A stretch of DNA of 63,068 nt, filler included, from an uncultured bacterium (GTDB taxonomy: Bacteria > CAYJOG01), in NCBI GenBank assembly GCA_964371695.1. It is 36 parts of 36 records of this genome, joined end to end, with 100 filler letters (N's around TTAATTAATTAA, not from the genome) between each part and the next. Parts side by side here need not be neighbours in the genome. Positions count along the whole stretch, not along the records: positions 22,159 to 23,861 come from CAYJOG010000642.1; positions 23,962 to 25,654 come from CAYJOG010000643.1; positions 25,755 to 27,442 come from CAYJOG010000644.1; positions 27,543 to 29,216 come from CAYJOG010000645.1; positions 29,317 to 30,970 come from CAYJOG010000646.1; positions 31,071 to 32,721 come from CAYJOG010000647.1; positions 32,822 to 34,463 come from CAYJOG010000648.1; positions 34,564 to 36,205 come from CAYJOG010000649.1; 28 more parts are not named here. The stretch is one strand, 5' to 3'. Under the pieces are notes generated by a model that was given only the letters and a program-made list of their open reading frames with translations, made no database searches and was not told the origin of the DNA. Positions 22,333 through 34,647 of the stretch are shown here, in pieces (the first letter of the stretch is position 1; each line of letters begins with the position of its first letter). Position numbers and translations under genes: made by a program.

Positions 22333-23379
22333 ATGAGACGAACCGCCCCCACCCTGCTCACACTGGTTGCATTGGCGCTGGCTTCTGTGGCGCAGGCCGC
22401 CACGCTGCGTTTTTCCATTCCCACCGGCGAAAACAGCCTGGGAAAAGACCAGATGGCCCAGACCCTGCAAAAGATGTTTTCGGTGGTGCAGAAAAAAACC
22501 AGCGTGACACTGGTGCTGGACCCCCTCACCGCCTATGGCATTTCGCGCAAAGAAGGTTTACCGGGGCACATGATTCGCCTGCGGGAATACCTCAAACGGC
22601 TGAAGGCGGGCACAACCGACATCGTGGGGGTCACGGCAGAGGAATATTTCACCCACGATGCCCTCAGGGCGCTGGTGACGCCCGCCTTTGCATGGTCAGT
22701 CAATCACCAGAAATTCGGCAAGGAATGCCTTTATGTCAAAAAGGGCAGCGGCATCACCCACGTCAAACAGCTTCAGGGCAAAACCATCACCGGCCTCACC
22801 AGTTATCAGACCGTGCGCCGCCTGTTGTGGGAAAACGGCGTGGACATGCCCCTGAAAAAATTCTTCGGGAAATTCGCCTACATCGACGACCCCATGGAGC
22901 AGTATCAGTCCCTGCTGGCGGGCAAGGTGGACACCTTTCACGACACCTGGCAGGGGTGGTCTTTTTACAAAAACATGAAGCCCCAGTTCAAGGACGTGAC
23001 ACCCCTTGCCTGCCTGAAAGACCCCCAGCCCATGGTGTTTTTCGGCCTGCGTAAAAACGCCGACAAAGCGGCGGCGCAAAAAGTGGGTGATTACCTCATC
23101 ACCGCGCACCGCGACCCGGAAATGGCCAGTGCGAAGTGGTTTTTTCTCGCCTTTCGGGGCGAGTTTTTCAAGGTGGACAACACCTATCTGGCCGCCTCAG
23201 CCAAAACCTTTGAAGACAACCGCAAACGGGGCTGGATGAAAGAAGCCCAGTTGTGGCACACCCAGGATTCCCCGGCGCTTTTCAAACTCTTTCTCAAATC
23301 GGCCGCGCTGAGCCATGAGCGCCTGAAACCACCTGCCCAGCCAGGACAAAAAATGGTCAAAAACCATTCCACCCACTGA
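22333..23379 (+). CDS. Periplasmic substrate-binding protein (PhnD/SsuA/transferrin-like fold)
   Basis: Signal peptide AQA; 'LYVKKGSGITHVKQLQGKTI' and 'LLAGKVD' patterns of type-2 SBPs. Confidence 0.7.
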   Translation: MRRTAPTLLTLVALALASVAQAATLRFSIPTGENSLGKDQMAQTLQKMFSVVQKKTSVTLVLDPLTAYGISRKEGLPGHMIRLREYLKRLKAGTTDIVGVTAEEYFTHDALRALVTPAFAWSVNHQKFGKECLYVKKGSGITHVKQLQGKTITGLTSYQTVRRLLWENGVDMPLKKFFGKFAYIDDPMEQYQSLLAGKVDTFHDTWQGWSFYKNMKPQFKDVTPLACLKDPQPMVFFGLRKNADKAAAQKVGDYLITAHRDPEMASAKWFFLAFRGEFFKVDNTYLAASAKTFEDNRKRGWMKEAQLWHTQDSPALFKLFLKSAALSHERLKPPAQPGQKMVKNHSTH

Positions 23380-23398
23380 CAGAAACAAGAGGCGCCCC

Positions 23399-23861
23399 AT
23401 GTTTCCAACAGGATCAAAACACCTCATCGTGCTGGGGGTGGCCCTGATGGGCCTGCCCGTCGCCGCCCGGCCAGCCCTCCCGGCCAATCCACCGCCGCTG
23501 CGTTTCACGGTGCCTGCGGGTGAACACAGCATGGACAGGGAACAGACCCTGAAATCCCTCTCCATCCTCACCGGCCATCTCTATCAAAAAACCGGCGTGC
23601 GGCTGGTGCTGGACCCGGTGGCCGCTTATTCGGTGGCCCGTCAGAAAGGCCTGCCGGGCAACCTGGTGCGCATCAACGAAATCAAACGCCGCCTGAAAGC
23701 CCGGCTGACGGACATCGTGCCACTGACCGCCGAGGAATATTTCCTGCACAACGACCTGCGTCAGTCGGCCATTCCCTTCATGACCTGGACGGTGAAAGGC
23801 CAGCCCCTGGGCCAGGAATGTCTATATGTCTCTGCCAAAAAGGGTTACACCCACCCACGGC
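23399..23861 (+). CDS. Tandem paralog of the preceding substrate-binding protein (3' truncated)
   Basis: Shared blocks LRFxxPxGExS, KTxVxLVLDP, GLPG, TDIVxxTAEEYFxH, ECLYV. Confidence 0.75.
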
Positions 23862-24132
23862 NNNNNNNNNNNNNNNNNNNNNNNNNNNNNNNNNNNNNNN
23901 NNNNNTTAATTAATTAANNNNNNNNNNNNNNNNNNNNNNNNNNNNNNNNNNNNNNNNNNNNCCCTGAAACCAAAAACTCCCGCCGCTTTCGCAGCAGGAG
24001 ATTCGTCCTCCCCACCAGGAGTTGTTGAGTCATTGTACTCTCCTGCCAATCCAGCGCCTACGGAATAAATGAATTTCAACGGCGTTGTTCAGCGGGGCTG
24101 CGGGTTTCATACAGCCAGAGTAAACTACCGGC

Positions 24133-25654
24133 ATGTCGCCCCCGCCGCCCCATGAAGACAATGCGCCGGGGGCAAACAGGCCGTCTCAGCCCGTGTTCCC
24201 CTTCAACCCCGACAGTTTTTTCTGGGGACTTTTCATGGGGCACACCGCCCCGCAGATTTTTATTGACCCGCAGAACGGCGACATTCTTTTTGCCAATCCG
24301 GCGGCAGAAGCTTTTTATGGCTACACCATTGATGAACTCCGGCGCATGAAAATCGGTGAGATCAACCAGCTTTCTTCCGCCAAGATCACCGAAAACCTGA
24401 AGCGGGCCGCCGACCAGCAGGTGGCCACGTTCCTGTTTCCGCACCGCCTCAAAAACGGCGTCATCCGCATGGTGGAGGTGCGCACCGGGCCGGTGACGGT
24501 GCAGGGGCGGAAAATCCTCCATTCCTTCATTCACGACGCCACCGAAAAGGTCGCCGCTGAAGAAGACCTGAAAGAGCGCGAGCGCCAGTTGCGCACGCTT
24601 TCCGCCAACCTGCCCGGCGCGCTGGTGCAGATGGCCCCCACCTCGCTGGGGGACTGGATGCCCACCTTCTTCAGCACCGGCGCGGCGGACCTGCTGGGTC
24701 TGGACCTGGACACCCTGCTGAACAACCCTTTTCCTCCCAAAGACATTTTTGCGCCGGGCCACCGTGAAAAACTCAAGGAAGTTCTGAAAACCGCCGCCGA
24801 AATCCACGGCCCCGTCAACACCAGTTTCGCCGTGCTGCATCCCGGCGGACATAAAAAATGGATGCACCTGAGCGCCACTCCCCGGCAGGAAGAAAAAGCC
24901 CTGGTGTGGGACGGCCTGATGATGGACATCACGCCCCAGGTGCGGGCGCGCCAGCACCTGAACCGGCGCATCAGGACCGAAAAACTGCTGGCGGACATCA
25001 GCAGCCGCCTGCTGAACGCGCCCCCCGGCGAACTGGACGCCACTCTGATGGAGGTGCTGGCGCTGCTGGGCCGGTTTTTTGAGGCGGACAGGGTGTGGCT
25101 TTTGCAGTCTGCCCCCGACGCAGACACGGGCACAAACGACTTCTATGACGGAACCCACGAATGGTGCGCCCAGGGCATTGCACCGGTGCTGCACACCATG
25201 GGGCGCATTGGCGAAGCGGATTACCCCTGGTGGTTCAAGACACTCCGCGAACACCATCAGGTCTACCTGCCGGACATGTCGCACCTGCCCCCCGAGGCGA
25301 TTCACGAAAAAAAGATCTACGTCCCCCTGCATTTCAAATCACTCATTTCCCTGCCGGTGATCTGGCAGGGCCAGCAGCACGGATTTGTGGAAATTGTGCG
25401 CGTGCGGCACGAGAAAAAATGGTCCGAGCGCAAAATCATGTTGTTCCGCATGGTGTGCGACCTGCTGGCCGGGGCCATTTCGCGCCACCGTTCCGGCTTG
25501 GCGCTGCAAGAGAGCGAAGAAGAACGCCGCAGCACCCAGCAGGCCCTGTGGCAAAGCCAGAAACTGGAAAGCCTGGGCCTGCTGGCGGGCGGCGTGGCCC
25601 ACGACTTCAACAACCTGCTGCTGGGTATTCAGGGTTATCTGGAACTGGCCCTGA
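24133..25654 (+). CDS. PAS-PAS-GAF sensor histidine kinase (3' truncated)
   Basis: PAS (ANPAAEAFYGY, FIHDAT), second PAS (WDGLMMDIT), GAF (THEWCAQGI), H-box QKLESLGLLAGGVAHDFNNLL. Confidence 0.9.
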
Positions 25655-25754
25655 NNNNNNNNNNNNNNNNNNNNNNNNNNNNNNNNNNNNNNNNNNNNTT
25701 AATTAATTAANNNNNNNNNNNNNNNNNNNNNNNNNNNNNNNNNNNNNNNNNNNN

Positions 25755-26406
25755 GCTCAGCAAGTGGGCAACACCCTGGACTCATCCGGGGATCTGGGCC
25801 TCGAGTCATCTGGATTCCCACCATGTGTTGCTGAGCGGTGTATCCACCACCCTTTTTCTGCCCAAGCCCCTTGAGGATGAAAAAAGTCGGCAGAAAGGCC
25901 AGAGCCGCGTGATGTGGCTGGTGGCGTTGCCCCCCGCACACCCATTGCTCACACAACCCTTTCGGCGGCTTGCCCAATCTGAAAACAACGACCTTTTTCC
26001 GATTGAGCCGTTTGACCCGGAGGCTTCCTCCAACCTGTCCATTGTGGAGAGTCCGCCTGTCCAGAGCTGGAACCAGCCCAATCCCCTGAATCAATCCCAC
26101 TGGCAACACCTGTGGACAGGTGTCAAACCCCAGGGGGCTTCTTTTTTCCTGGCCGAATGCGAGGCCCCCCGCGCCACGGTGCAAGTTCCTTCAGGAGGCG
26201 GAACGACGGGCAACGAAACCTGTGGCCTGAACAACAATCAGGCCGCCCCTGCCGGAAGCGCCTCCCTGCTTTACAATCCCCTTTCCGACACGCTCCAGGA
26301 TCCCTGCCCCGATGGCCAACTCCCGCCTGAACTGCCCTATTTTTTTCAGGACCAGCAAAGCTTTGTTTCCCACCCTTTCTTAAATGACGCCAGAACCACT
26401 TATTAG
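25755..26406 (+). CDS. Hypothetical protein, C-terminal part
   Basis: Frame open from the contig start to TAG at 26406; no recognised motif. Confidence 0.45.
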
Positions 26407-26464
26407 AACCTATTTACTCTTAAAGCTGCATTCCCGTTATGAACACAAAGAACCCCGCCCGGCT

Positions 26465-26630
26465 TATGTTTTCTGGTTCGCCGGTTTCATCCGTGAAACC
26501 TTGCAAACAACGCCGCACGTCCCAGCCCAACCCTGAAAGATTCTTGTTTTCCAAACTGCCCTTTTCCAGAGAACGCTCTCTGCCGCTCGCCCCCCATGCT
26601 GGGTCGGCGGCGGGAACGGCCGCTATCGCC
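26465..26630 (-). ncRNA. Candidate structured element, family A, copy 3
   Basis: Hairpin 26476-26508; stem CGCCGC-A-CG-TCCCAGC (26511-26526) pairing with GCTGGGT-CG-GCGGCG (26598-26612); degenerate terminal hairpin. Confidence 0.6.
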
Positions 26631-26699
26631 TTTGCTCGGCCAGATGCCCCAATGGGCATCTGGAGTGACTCCTCGCAAACTCCTGGCCTCTGGATGTGG

Positions 26700-27442
26700 A
26701 TGTCGCGAGAAATTCTGTTTACCGCTTTTATCAACCGGGTCCTTGTCTGTGGTGTGACCCTGTTGCTGTGCCTCGCCGCGCCAGCCGTTCAGGCCAAGCT
26801 GGGGGTGCGGGTTTCCAGCGGCCTGGGAGACAAAAATACCGGCTTCGCCCATGTGCCGGTGCAGGTGGACCTCACCCTCACGCCGCAAACCGAAATCACT
26901 GGCCCCCTCACGGTGGAAATCCTCACCCCCCATGGCCGCCCCCTTGTCAGCCGCACCGCCCTGCTCACGCCGCCCATGGAAACCTCTCTGTGGCTGATTT
27001 TGCCGGAGCTTTTGCGCGAGAGTCAGGACAACACCTATCGCCTGCGGGTGAGTGACGAAAAAACAATTCACTTCGAAGACAAGTTCACACCCAACGTGAC
27101 TTCTTCGGGCGGCGGCTGGTATCGCGGCAACCAGGGGCTGAACGAGGGGGTGCTCATCGCCAGTCCGGCGGTGTCGGCTTTTCCTTCGTTGCTGATGAAG
27201 GAACTTTTTTCCGCCCCCATGGCCATCAAGACCCAACTCTCCATCTCTCCGCCCGCCTGGCCCCACCCCGACAGAATGGGGGCGCTCAGCACCCGCCAGT
27301 TGCCCGACCTGCCAGAGATTCTGGATCAATTGGCCGCCGTGGTGCTGGTGCCCTCCACCCAGGAACCCCTCACGCCCCAGCAGGGTCAGGCGTTGCGGCT
27401 TTTTGTGCTGAACGGCGGCCAGTTCGGGGTTCTTCAGCACAT
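26700..27442 (+). CDS. Secreted hypothetical protein (3' truncated)
   Basis: Signal peptide ending AVQA; 'LDQLAAVVL...LTPQQGQALRLFVLNGG' resembles glutamine-amidotransferase-like/DUF4350 domains. Confidence 0.6.
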
Positions 27443-27542
27443 NNNNNNNNNNNNNNNNNNNNNNNNNNNNNNNNNNNNNNNNNNNNTTAATTAATTAANN
27501 NNNNNNNNNNNNNNNNNNNNNNNNNNNNNNNNNNNNNNNNNN

Positions 27543-29216
27543 GCTGAGCGCCGGTTCGACACCTTTGCCGCCCGCGACCTGCGGGTGGAAAGCAGCGCCC
27601 CCAACGTGGCCCTGGGCGGCGTGGTGCGCTTCACCGTCAAGGCCAAAACCACCACCGGCCTGTGGCAGGACGTCACCCACCAGACCACTTTCACCATCAC
27701 GCCCACCGCGGCTCTCAGCCGCAGCCCCGGCGAAACGGCGGGGGCGTTTTATGCCCTGCAAACCGGCAACGTCAACGTGAAGGCGGTGTTTGCGGGCCTC
27801 AGCAAAACCCTGCTGGTCACCGTCACCGCGCCGAATACGGCAGACACCCTGCTGGCCAGCCTCACCCAGGCCCCCGGCCCCGCGCCAGAGGCCGACGGCC
27901 GCCGCCCCGCCGCCCCCACGCGCCTCACGGTGCAGATGCAGTGCCCCAGTCTGGTTTTCAGTTGGGCCGCCCCCACGCAGGACGACAACAACAACGACGG
28001 CGCGGGCGACAGCCCCCTCACGGGTCTGGTGGGTTACAACCTTTATTCCGGCTCAGCGCCTTTGGGGGGTCTGGACCCAATGGCCGCCACGCCAATTTAC
28101 AACCTGAGCCCCGTGAACGGCGGTGGGCCGGGCAACCTGATTCCGGCGGTGTCCTATGACCCCAACTGCCAAAACCCGCTCACCGAGTCGTGCAGCCCCG
28201 ACACGCTGGTGGCGGTCACCACCTACAGCCTCAACCCCCGCGTGAACCAGCCCCCGGTGAACTTCGCCGTCACCGCCCACGACGGCGTGGACCCGGAGCG
28301 GGGGCGCAACGCGTCGCTGAGTTCCCAGGCGGTGAACGTGGCCTACGGCTGCCAGCCCACGAGCGACCTTTCCGCCACTTTCACACCGGGCCAGTGCGGC
28401 GGGGGCGGCACGGTGCGCCTCACCTGGAACGACGTGGACGACGACGGCATCTACCGGGTCTATCGCAAAACCGGCGTGAACCCCGTGCCTCCCGTGCCCA
28501 CCACCCACGGCGGTGCTGATCAGCCCGTCGCCACGGCCCCCAATCAGGGTGGCCAGGGTGTGGTGAGTCTGGACGTGCCGGTGGAAGACACCGAAGGCAA
28601 ACCCAGCACCTATTTTGTGAGCGTGTGGGATGGCTGTAACGAAGAAACCGCCCCCGTGGCGCTCAACCCTGTCGCCCCCGTGGTGGCCGACTGCACACCC
28701 CCCGCGCCCCCCACCAGCGTGTCCGTAGAAGAAAACCCCGAGGGTGACTTCACCCTGGAATGGGAACACGACGGCACGGACGTGAAGGAATATCACGTTT
28801 ACCGCGCTCTTTCCCCGGATGGTCCCTGGGTGCTGATCCGCACGCTGGGGCCTGATGTGCGGGAATGCGACGACGTGGAAGACGACGACCCGGCGGTGGT
28901 GAGTCGGCAGGAGGACGAGAACTTTTTTTATATCGTGCGCGCCAGCGACGGCGAGAACGAAAGCCCCGCCACAGGGCCGGTGCAGGCCGCCCATGAAGAC
29001 ACCACGGCTCCCCCGCCGGTGCGGGACGTGACCGCCAGCCGCTCGCCCCAGGGCAACCCGGAGCTGAAATGGAAAGCCCCTGTCGAAACCCCCGGCGGCG
29101 CGCCCCCGGATGATCTGGCGGGCTTCAACGTCTACCGCAGCAAAACGCCGTCTTTCACCGAGGCCCGCTTGGTGGCCACGCTGTCTCCCTCTGCCACCAC
29201 CTTCACCGACACCAGC
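27543..29216 (+). CDS. Large extracellular protein with Ig-like and fibronectin type III repeats (both ends truncated)
   Basis: Repeated 'DxTPPAPP', 'LxW', 'GYNLY/YRVYR/GFNVYRS' and 'YIVRASDG-ENES' FN3 signatures. Confidence 0.8.
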
Positions 29217-29316
29217 NNNNNNNNNNNNNNNNNNNNNNNNNNNNNNNNNNNNNNNNNNNNTTAATTAATTAANNNNNNNNNNNNNNNNNNNNNNNNNNNN
29301 NNNNNNNNNNNNNNNN

Positions 29317-30607
29317 CCATTTCGCGCATCAGCCCCCAGGCCACGCGGGGCCGGGCATAAAACCGCAGGCCAAAACGGTTGTAAAACCGCAGCATGTCTT
29401 CGTCCACCAACTGGCTGAAGCCGCCCCCCTGGTCCTGATCCGCCCCCCCCGTCTCATTGGCCAGGGCTGTGCGGTTGCGGGGCACCGCCAGATTCACCGA
29501 GGCGTAATCCAGGCCGCTGGTGAGCGCCCAGTCCAGCGTGGCCTCTGCATCGGCCAGGGTTTCGCCGGGCAGGCCCACCAGAAAAGTGCCCAGCACCTTC
29601 AGCCCCGCTTTTTTGGCGGCGGCGATGCCCGCCTCCACCTTCTCCTGTTCCGCAAACTTCTTCACCCGTTTCTGGGTTTCGGTGTGAATGCTCTCCACAC
29701 CCAGCATCACCGTGTGGCATCCGGCCTGGGCCATGTCACGGGCCAGGCCGCCATCCCTCAGCAGGTCGCCCCGCGTGAAACACACCCACCCCATGCCGCT
29801 TGCGCCCAGCAGCGGCAGCATGGCCTGGGTGTGGCCCCGGTGCGCGCCAAAGGTCTGGTCGCTCACATACAGTTCACGCACCCCCATGGCCTTGAGTTGC
29901 CGCAGTTCCTCGGCCACCTCCCCGGCGGGGCGGGTGGCGAAACCAATGCTGCTCATCACACAAAACGTGCAGGCATAGGCGCAGCCAAAATCGGTGAGCA
30001 GCGTGGCGAAGGGTTTGCGCCGCACAAAGGGATAGTTGTAGCGGTGCAGGGGGAAGAGGTCGTGACGCGGCGTGCCCACGGCGCGGGGGTGGCCCCCCGC
30101 CCGCGTGGTGGCAGCGGGGGAAATGGTTCCGTCAGGCAGCCGGATGGCCGCGCTGGCACAAACCCCCGGCCCGTGCTGCACCACCAGCGCCCGCAGACCA
30201 GGGGCATCGGCAAAATCCAGCAGCAGGCCGTTTGCAAAAGGCAGGCGCAAAAGGGCCTCGCCGGTGGGGTCCTGGGCCAGGTCGCCGCTCAGATAAATCC
30301 GCGCCCGTGTCTGCTGGCGCAGGGCGGCATAAAAAGTCATGTCTTCACTGGCGGTGGCTGCGCCGATGAGGCCAAAGATCACGTCCTCTTCGCCGGTGGG
30401 GGCGAGAGCCAACGTGTGGGCCACGGATTTGCCCTCGGCCACGGCGTCGGTCACCAGCAGGTCTTCGTCAGCAAAAATGGCGCTCAGCATCAGCAGGTCC
30501 ACCGGTTCGTACAAATAAAACGCCTTGCTGATTTTTGAGCAGTAATAATCCCGCAGAACCCGCCTGCGGCTGGGCGGGTTCAACAACCAGATCCGCCCCG
30601 TCGCCAT
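29317..30607 (-). CDS. B12-binding radical SAM protein (3' truncated)
   Basis: GCAYACTFC (CxxxCxxC), MAQAGCHTVMLGVES, FLVGLPGET; N-terminal cobalamin-binding-like region. Confidence 0.9.
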
Positions 30608-30753
30608 GAAAAAAGTATAGAAGGGGTTTTCTGAATTCTTGCTTCTTTTGGTGGAGCAGGCATCCTGCCTGCCGCACCAGTTTTTTGTCTCAATGACGAT
30701 GGAAAAAACTTGCGATCCCCTGATTTTGGCAGGTGACCCGTTACCATGGATGT

Positions 30754-30970
30754 ATGTCCATCACCCCCACCCACACCAAACGTCGGCTGACCGGCCTGCT
30801 TTTTCTGAGCACCGGCGTTCTCGCCATGGCGCTCACCACCTGCTGGCTCATGGCCAAACCCGCTGGCGCGGACGTGGTGAAGGTAGGCGAGAAGGCCCCG
30901 CTGTTCACGCTCAAAAGCGCCACGGGCAAATCCTTTACCCTCAAAAAAGCGCTGGGGAAGGGACCGGTGG
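30754..30970 (+). CDS. Redoxin/AhpC-TSA family protein, N-terminus
   Basis: Signal or anchor segment followed by KVGEKAPLFTLKSATGKSFTL...KGPV. Confidence 0.75.
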
Positions 30971-31070
30971 NNNNNNNNNNNNNNNNNNNNNNNNNNNNNN
31001 NNNNNNNNNNNNNNTTAATTAATTAANNNNNNNNNNNNNNNNNNNNNNNNNNNNNNNNNNNNNNNNNNNN

Positions 31071-32142
31071 TGCCGATGCAGGGCAAAAAATCTCCGGCGG
31101 GGTCTTCGGCATAAAGGCGGCATTCCACGGCGTGGCCGTTGTGACGGATGTCCGCCTGAGCCAGCTCCAGCGGCAGGCCCTGGGCCACTTCAATCTGCAA
31201 CCGCACAAGGTCCAGCCCCGTCACCATTTCGGTCACCGGGTGCTCCACCTGCAAGCGCGTGTTCATCTCCAGAAAATAAAAATTCCGGTCGGCGTCCAGA
31301 ATGAACTCCACTGTGCCCGCGCCCAGATAATCCACGCTTTTGGCGGCTTCCACCGCCGCCTGACCCATGCCCTCGCGCAGCACCGGGTCCAGCGCCAGAC
31401 TGGGGGTTTCCTCGATGATTTTCTGGTGCCGCCGCTGGATGGAACACTCGCGCTCCAGCAGGTGCACCACGTTACCGTGGGCGTCGGCCATCACCTGAAT
31501 CTCCACGTGGCGCGGGTTTTCAATGTAACGCTCCAGAATGACCGTGTCGTCGCCAAAGGCGTTTTTGGCTTCGCGCCGGGCGGTGTCCAGGGCGGTCTTG
31601 AGCGCGCCCGCCTCGCGGCAGATACGCATGCCCTTGCCGCCGCCGCCCGCGCTGGCCTTGATGAGCAGCGGAAACCCGATGCGCTTGGCTTCGAGGTCCA
31701 GCGTTTTTTCGCTCTGGTCTTCGCCGTTGTAACCGGGAATCACCGGCACGCCCCGCTGCATCACCAGCAGCTTGCTCTCGCGCTTGAGGCCCATGGCCCG
31801 GATGGCGTGGGGCGTGGGGCCGATGAAGACAAAACCGGCGTCGGCCACGGCCTCTGCAAAACTGGCGTTTTCGGCGAGAAAGCCGTAACCGGGGTGTATG
31901 GCGCAGGCCCCCACGGCTTTGGCGGCGGCCAGGATTTTTTCCTGGTCCAGGTAACTTTCGGCGGGTGTGCTGCCGCCGATGTTCACGGCTTCATCGGCAA
32001 GGCGCACAAAGGGCGTGCCCGCGTCGGCCTCGGAGTGAACCACGGCGGTGGCGATGCCCATGTCGCGGCAGGTGCGCATGACGCGCACGGCGATTTCGCC
32101 CCGGTTGGCGATGAGAATTTTTTTGAAGGTGCGGTGGCTCAT
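31071..32142 (-). CDS. Acyl-CoA carboxylase biotin carboxylase subunit (3' truncated)
   Basis: KILIANRGEIAVR, IHPGYGFLAEN, KASAGGGGKGMR, RECSIQRRHQK, EMNTRLQVEHPVTE. Confidence 0.95.
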
Positions 32143-32176
32143 AAGTGTTTTCCTGACGGGTTGACGGCCCCTGTGC

Positions 32177-32721
32177 CTACATGCGGTAAACGCCCCAGTT
32201 GAGCGACCCCTGCACCGCCCGGCTGTGGGCGGCAGAGAGCGAAATGCCCAGCACGTCGCGGGTGTGGCGGGGGTCGATGATGCCGTCGTCCCACACTTCG
32301 GCGGTGGCGGCAAAGGCGTTGCTCTCGGTTTCGATTTTGGCGGACAACATGCCCTTGGCGAACTCCAGTTGTTTTTCGTCCACCTCTTTGCCCTCTTTGG
32401 CGGCGGCCTCGCGCTGAATGATGTCCAGCACACCCGCCAGTTGGTCTGGCCCCATCACGGCGATTTTGTGGTTGGGCCACGAGAACATGAACCGGGGGTT
32501 ATAGGCGCGCCCGCACATGGCGTAGTTGCCCGCGCCATAACTCACGCCGGTCATGATGGTGAAGTGCGGCACCTCGCTGTTGCTCACGGCGTTGATCATC
32601 TTCGCACCGTGTTTGATGATGCCCTCGCGCTCGTATTGTTTGCCCACCATGAAGCCGGTGATGTTCTGCAAAAACAGGATGGGCACGTCAATCTGGTTGC
32701 AGAGCTGGATGAACTGCGCGC
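32177..32721 (-). CDS. Acyl-CoA carboxylase carboxyltransferase subunit, AtuC/MccB-like (5' truncated)
   Basis: [41 protein letters not shown]. Confidence 0.92.
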
Positions 32722-32821
32722 NNNNNNNNNNNNNNNNNNNNNNNNNNNNNNNNNNNNNNNNNNNNTTAATTAATTAANNNNNNNNNNNNNNNNNNNNNNN
32801 NNNNNNNNNNNNNNNNNNNNN

Positions 32822-33199
32822 GTCCAGCACCGTGCCTTCGGCCAGGCCGGTGCGTTTTTGCAGGCTGCCCGCCACGATGTTGCGCATCACCACTTCCACT
32901 TTCACGATCTCCACGCCCCGCACCGCCATGGTGATGTCGTCTTTCAAACCCAGGTAGTGCGTGGGCACGCCTTATTTCTCCAGCATTTCAAACAACGCGG
33001 CGCTGATGGCGGCGTTCATGCGGCCCTTGTCCGTGATGGTGCCTTTCTTTTTGGCGTTAAAGGCGGTGGCGTCATCTTTGAAGGTTTGCAGGAACACGTC
33101 TTTTTGCGTGGTGGCGAACACCTTTTTGGCCTTGCCCTCATAAAGCTGCTTGCCCTTTTTCAGGCCCTTCAGGTCAGTGCTTTTTTTGTCTTTTGCCAT
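32822..33199 (-). CDS. purC: SAICAR synthase, N-terminal part, with in-frame TAA at 32972-32974
   Basis: [43 protein letters not shown]; contig end overlaps the start of contig 16725 by GTGCTGGAC. Confidence 0.93.
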
Positions 33200-33223
33200 G
33201 GAAATCTCCTTGATGTTTCAGAA

Positions 33224-34463
33224 TCACTTCAGTCCGGCCCGTGCATAGATTTCGTCCACGTGTTTCAGATAACGGGCCGGGTCAAAACATTCGTTCAGGC
33301 GTTTTTTGCTCAGGGCCTTCACCACGCGGGCGTGCTGCAAAAGCAGGGTTTTGAGCGGTGTGCGGCTGGCCCAGCTCTGCATGGCGTTTTCCTGCACCAA
33401 GCCGTAGGCCGCCTCGCGGCTCTGGCCAGACTGCACCAGCGCCAGCAGCACCACCTGGCTATAAAAAAGCCCGCCGGTGAGTTCCAGGTTTTCTTTCATC
33501 CTGCCGGGGTAAACCAGCAGGGTGTCTACCAGCCACGCGGCTTTTTTGAGGATATAGACCAGCACGCCGGTGGCGTCGGGCAGGGCCATGCGCTCGGCGC
33601 TGGAATGGCTGATGTCCCGCTCGTGCCACAGGGGCACGTTCTCCAACCCCACCAGGGCGTAACCCCGCAACAGGCGGGCCATGCCGCTGATGCGCTCGGC
33701 GGTGATGGGGTTGCGTTTGTGGGGCATGGCGCTGCTGCCCTTCTGGCCGGGGCTGAAATATTCCTCGGCCTCGCGCAACTCGGTGCGTTGCAGGTGGCGA
33801 ATTTCGATGGCCAGTTTGTCCAGACTGCTGCCCACCAGGGCAATCCAGTTCAAAAACTCGGCGTGGCGGTCGCGCTGCACAATCTGCGTGCTCACGGGGG
33901 CGGGCTTCAATCCCAGGCCCTTCATCACACGCTCTTCGAGGTGGGGCGGAAAGTTGGCAAAGGTGCCCACCGCGCCACTGATCTTGCCCACCAGCAGGCG
34001 TTTTTTGAGTTCCTTGAGGCGCTCCTGATGCCGCTCAAACTCGGTGTAATAAAGCAGCATTTTCAGGCCAAAGGTGGTGGGTTCGGCGTGTACGCCGTGG
34101 GTGCGGCCCATGACAGGCGTGAGCCGGTGCGCCAGGGCCTGTTTTTTGAGGGCCGCAAGCACCGCCACGAGGTGTTTTTCGATCACGGCCACAGCCTGTT
34201 TCAGTTGCAGCGCCAGGGCGGTGTCCACCAGATCACTGCTGGTCATGCCCAGGTGAATATAGCGGCTGTCGGGGCCGACGTATTCGGCCACGTTGGTGAG
34301 AAAGGCGATCACGTCGTGGTTGGTGGTTTTTTCGATTTCCTTCACGCGGGCCACGTCAAACCGCGCCTTGCGGCGACAGTTTTCATAGGCCTCGGCGGGG
34401 GCCTCGCCCACCTCCACCCACGCCTTCAGTGCGGCCAGTTCCACCTTCAGCCAAGTGTTGAAT
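33224..34463 (-). CDS. purB: Adenylosuccinate lyase (5' truncated)
   Basis: HDVIAF, HLGMTSSD, GRTHGVHAEPTTFG, GSSAMPHKRNP, HERDISHSSAER. Confidence 0.97.
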
Positions 34464-34647
34464 NNNNNNNNNNNNNNNNNNNNNNNNNNNNNNNNNNNNN
34501 NNNNNNNTTAATTAATTAANNNNNNNNNNNNNNNNNNNNNNNNNNNNNNNNNNNNNNNNNNNNACTTTATAAACCCAACGCCATCGGGGGCAAAGCCCCC
34601 TCGGCGTGGCGAAAACCTTAACATTTTCAATGTTTCGGCTTTCGGAT

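Noticed and set aside
26420-26734. ORFs sharing the peptide VRRCxQGFTDETGEPENI (8582-9178, 26420-26734) and the N-terminal extension of ORF 26439-27494
   Set aside because: These are translations of the non-coding family A element; conservation follows base pairing rather than codons.
32858-34519. Long antisense ORFs (e.g. 32858-34519, 2166-3272, 5621-6826, 24076-25332, 61493-62698)
   Set aside because: Shadows of real GC3-rich genes on the opposite strand, with no independent motifs.
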